From the NCBI GenBank assembly GCA_041738515.1, contig JBGSPP010000299.1, positions 1 through 49,915 of the forward strand: 49,915 bases of DNA, written 5' to 3'. How positions within the stretch are numbered: position 1 is the first letter of the stretch; each line of letters begins with the position of its first letter. Below are positions 47,441 through 49,915 of this stretch, piece after piece. This stretch comes from Desulfobulbus sp. (GTDB taxonomy: Bacteria; Desulfobacterota; Desulfobulbia; Desulfobulbales; Desulfobulbaceae). The position numbers and the translations under genes were made by a program. The notes below the pieces were generated by a model. It made no database searches. It saw only the letters and a program-made list of their open reading frames with translations, and was not told where the DNA came from.

Positions 47441-47968
47441 TCAGTCCACATGCTTGGGAAAATCGAAAAACAGCAGCTGGCCGGCGCCCGGGGCCAACTC
47501 GGCCCAGGAGGCGACGGCGAATTCCAGGGCGACGACGCCGCCCGTGGGCAGATTGTCGATGGCCACATTGCTGCCCAGCAGGTTGGCCAGGGCGGTGAAC
47601 TCGGGGTTGTGGCCAACGATCATCACCTGGACAAGCCCGGAATCCAACTGCTGCAGGAGGGTCAGCAGGGCCCTGGTCGTGGCAGCGTACAGGGCCGGCT
47701 CAATGCGAACCAGCTCTTGCGGATAGCCCAGCTGTTCCGCGTACAGGCCGGCGGTGGTCCTGGCCCGGACCGCGTGGCTGGCGATGATCAGCTCGAGGTG
47801 AAGGCCGCGCTGGTGCAGCCGGCGGCCCATCTCCGGGGCGTCGCGCTGGCCGCGCTTGTTGAGGGGGCGATCGACGTCGCCAAGGGTATGGTCCTGCCAG
47901 CTCGACTTGGCGTGGCGGCAGATCAACAGCAGTTTGCCTTCAGGCGGCGAGATGGGCGCGGATTTCAT
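47441..47968 (-). CDS. sixA: SixA-type phosphohistidine phosphatase
   Basis: RHAKSSW, DRPLNKRG, ASHAVRARTTA, VGHNP. Confidence 0.85.
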   Translation of the reverse strand: MKSAPISPPEGKLLLICRHAKSSWQDHTLGDVDRPLNKRGQRDAPEMGRRLHQRGLHLELIIASHAVRARTTAGLYAEQLGYPQELVRIEPALYAATTRALLTLLQQLDSGLVQVMIVGHNPEFTALANLLGSNVAIDNLPTGGVVALEFAVASWAELAPGAGQLLFFDFPKHVD

Positions 47969-48683
47969 GCCAGAGGCCCTCGTAGGCGGCGGTAGCCGGC
48001 GAATTGGGCAGGGCCGCAGCCACAGGCTGCCGGTAGACGCCCATCCGTTCGACATCCGCCGAATAGGGGATAGTGGTGCGCAGGACGCCCGGCTGGCCCT
48101 GCATGGACTGCATCAGCTCCAGGTGCAACTTCTTGCGCTTTTCGGCCATGGAAAAGAAGATCAGCACCTTGTCGCGGCCCAGCTCGATCTTGTCGAGAAA
48201 GGCGAACAGCTGCTTGAGCGAGAGCAGGGACAGGGTGGTCGGGATCACCGGCACCAGGATATGGTCGGCGGCGTGGAAGATGTTCTCCGACAGCAGGGTG
48301 ATATTGGGCGGGCAGTCGAGGAAGATGCGGTTGTACTCCTCTTCCAGGGGGTGTAGCACCTTGCGCAGCCGCTGGTTCGACTTCTTGAACTCATCGAGCG
48401 CGATGTCGATGTTGCGGTAGGAAAAATCGGACGGCAGCATGTCGAGCCCGGCAAAATCGGTGCCCTTGATGTTCTCTTCCACATGCCGGCCGCCTTTGAG
48501 CAGCTTCTTGGTGTTGAATTTCTTTTCCGGCCGGATGCGGAAGTAGTAGGAGGCAGAGCCCTGCGGGTCCATGTCGCAAAGCAGGGTCCTGCCGCCCTGT
48601 TTCGACGACAGGTAGGCCAGATTGACCGAGGTGGCGGTTTTACCCACCCCGCCCTTGATGTTGTACACCGCGATGATGCTCAT
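47940..48683 (-). CDS. Orphan ParA-family ATPase
   Basis: YNIKGGVGKT deviant Walker A, DMDPQG, LDCPP, VPVIPTTLS; no parB adjacent within the window. Confidence 0.9.
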   Translation of the reverse strand: MSIIAVYNIKGGVGKTATSVNLAYLSSKQGGRTLLCDMDPQGSASYYFRIRPEKKFNTKKLLKGGRHVEENIKGTDFAGLDMLPSDFSYRNIDIALDEFKKSNQRLRKVLHPLEEEYNRIFLDCPPNITLLSENIFHAADHILVPVIPTTLSLLSLKQLFAFLDKIELGRDKVLIFFSMAEKRKKLHLELMQSMQGQPGVLRTTIPYSADVERMGVYRQPVAAALPNSPATAAYEGLWHEIRAHLAA

Positions 48684-49915
48684 GCCGCCTCCTGGGAACT
48701 GCGGAACAGCTCCCGATACAGGGCCGTGTTTTCGGGGTCGCTGAAGAGGACAAAGGCCTCGGTGAAATGGCCGCGCAATTCCTGCTGTTCAGCAAACAGG
48801 CTCTGCATCAGGCCGCCCAGGGCGGCGGCGATCTCTATGCCCTGCTGCCCCTGGTCGGATTGCAGTTTCGTGAGGGCATTCTGGAGCATCTGCTGCTGCA
48901 CGGAAAAATCGTTGAAATCGCCGAGGATATCCTGCAGCCCCTTGAGCTGCTTGACCAGTTGGGCAACCTTGTCCGCCGGATAGAGCGAGCCGAAGAACTC
49001 GATGGCGTAGCGCAGCTTCTTGCACTGGATGCGCAGGCGGTGCACGACCTCGTCCGGAGTGGTTGCGTCAAGGGCCTGGCCGTCCCGCATCACCCGCTTG
49101 AACCGCCGGTGGATGATCCGGCCGGCCAGGTCGGCGACCATCAGGTCGGCATCGACACCCCGCTTGCGCTTGTTGGCGGCAAGATACCGCTGCCAACCGT
49201 GCAGCAAAGCCCTGATCTTGCGTGACTGCAGGGCCTTGGCCAGCCGTTTCTGCTCTGTCCGCCTTTGTATGGCCAGACTGTCGAAAAAGGCAGCCAGCCC
49301 TGGCTGCAGCGCTACCGGCAGTCGGGCCAGGTAGGCCTCGCGGCTCTGCAGATAGACGTCCAAGTCGCGGGTGGGGCCAGTGACCGTGCCCAGGGCTCCG
49401 AACCTGCCCTTGAAACCCTCTACCACCTCGGCTGGAAACACCTTTTTCACCAGGCTCAGGCCCGAACGGGTCCGGCGGACGGCAACGCGGAGATCATGGA
49501 GGAACTCGGCATCCAGGTCCTGGACCGTGCCGGGGATATTACGCTCAATGGCAACCAGCAGCTGCAGATAGATCTGCGCCATGGCCTGGCGGGCGGTGAG
49601 CGATCGGTCGAGGTGGAGGGTAAATTTGGAGGTGTAATCCAGGGGTTGCCGGCCAGCGGCCAGACAGCCCTCCTCGAAGCCGATCAGGGGCGAGGTTGGC
49701 TGGTTGACGTCGTGATCGTCGAGAATACGCTGGACCGCGGCCAATTCCCGGTCATAGCCGCGGATGGCGAACAGCCGCACCAGACTGAACCGCTGGCCGG
49801 ACCCGGGAAGACGCTGCCGTTCGAATACCAGCCGGGCAACGGTCTTCTCGTCCCGATTGAGCAGTCGCACCTGACGGCCGGCCAACCGCACCGTGGCCAG
49901 CGGCAGCAGGGCGCG
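48680..49915 (-). CDS. CHAD-domain (polyphosphate-binding) protein; 5' end lies outside the window
   Basis: EFLHDLRVAVRRTRS, GPTRDLDV, VHRLRIQCKKLRYAIEFF, LQDILGDFND. Confidence 0.9.
   Translation of the reverse strand, partial: RALLPLATVRLAGRQVRLLNRDEKTVARLVFERQRLPGSGQRFSLVRLFAIRGYDRELAAVQRILDDHDVNQPTSPLIGFEEGCLAAGRQPLDYTSKFTLHLDRSLTARQAMAQIYLQLLVAIERNIPGTVQDLDAEFLHDLRVAVRRTRSGLSLVKKVFPAEVVEGFKGRFGALGTVTGPTRDLDVYLQSREAYLARLPVALQPGLAAFFDSLAIQRRTEQKRLAKALQSRKIRALLHGWQRYLAANKRKRGVDADLMVADLAGRIIHRRFKRVMRDGQALDATTPDEVVHRLRIQCKKLRYAIEFFGSLYPADKVAQLVKQLKGLQDILGDFNDFSVQQQMLQNALTKLQSDQGQQGIEIAAALGGLMQSLFAEQQELRGHFTEAFVLFSDPENTALYRELFRSSQEAA

Noticed and set aside
47940-48683. Chromosome or plasmid partition locus
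   Set aside because: No parB, parS palindrome or replication gene nearby in the window

Overview
GC-rich bacterial chromosome segment; gene content suggests a flagellated Desulfobacterota member, possibly Desulfobulbales-like (inference). Bases 1-32.6 kb are a flagellar cluster: flhF-flhG-fliA, a DUF2802-like gene, flgFGAHIJ, an unknown gene plus flgMN, flgKL, csrA-fliW, a Maf glycosyltransferase, a legionaminic-acid-type nonulosonate pathway with an extra PIG-L deacetylase and a low-GC GNAT, two short flagellins, flaG, a frameshifted fliD, fliS, fliT-like, two PilZ proteins, and a FliK-like plus stand-alone FlhB-C pair. Bases 32.9-37.3 kb hold mglB, mglA and a 1092-aa acidic protein. The MglB appears to lack the C-terminal acidic helix of Myxococcus MglB, while the big protein carries about 7 copies of a similar motif. 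Bases 37.3-49.9 kb (minus strand) hold a TAXI-TRAP transporter, orphan yejB/yejE-like permeases, DUF4177, a MORN-repeat protein, avtA, a small Cys-rich protein and an overlapping CHAD-ParA-SixA trio. Best candidates for undescribed systems: (1) tail-less MglB, MglA and a multivalent acidic scaffold; (2) CHAD-ParA-SixA as a possible polyphosphate-granule positioning module; (3) a near-identical CsrA-type hairpin shared by the flagellin-2 leader and an uncharacterised sigma28-driven gene upstream of flgM. No rRNA, tRNA, CRISPR or IS element was seen. All family calls come from motif recognition by eye, not database searches.
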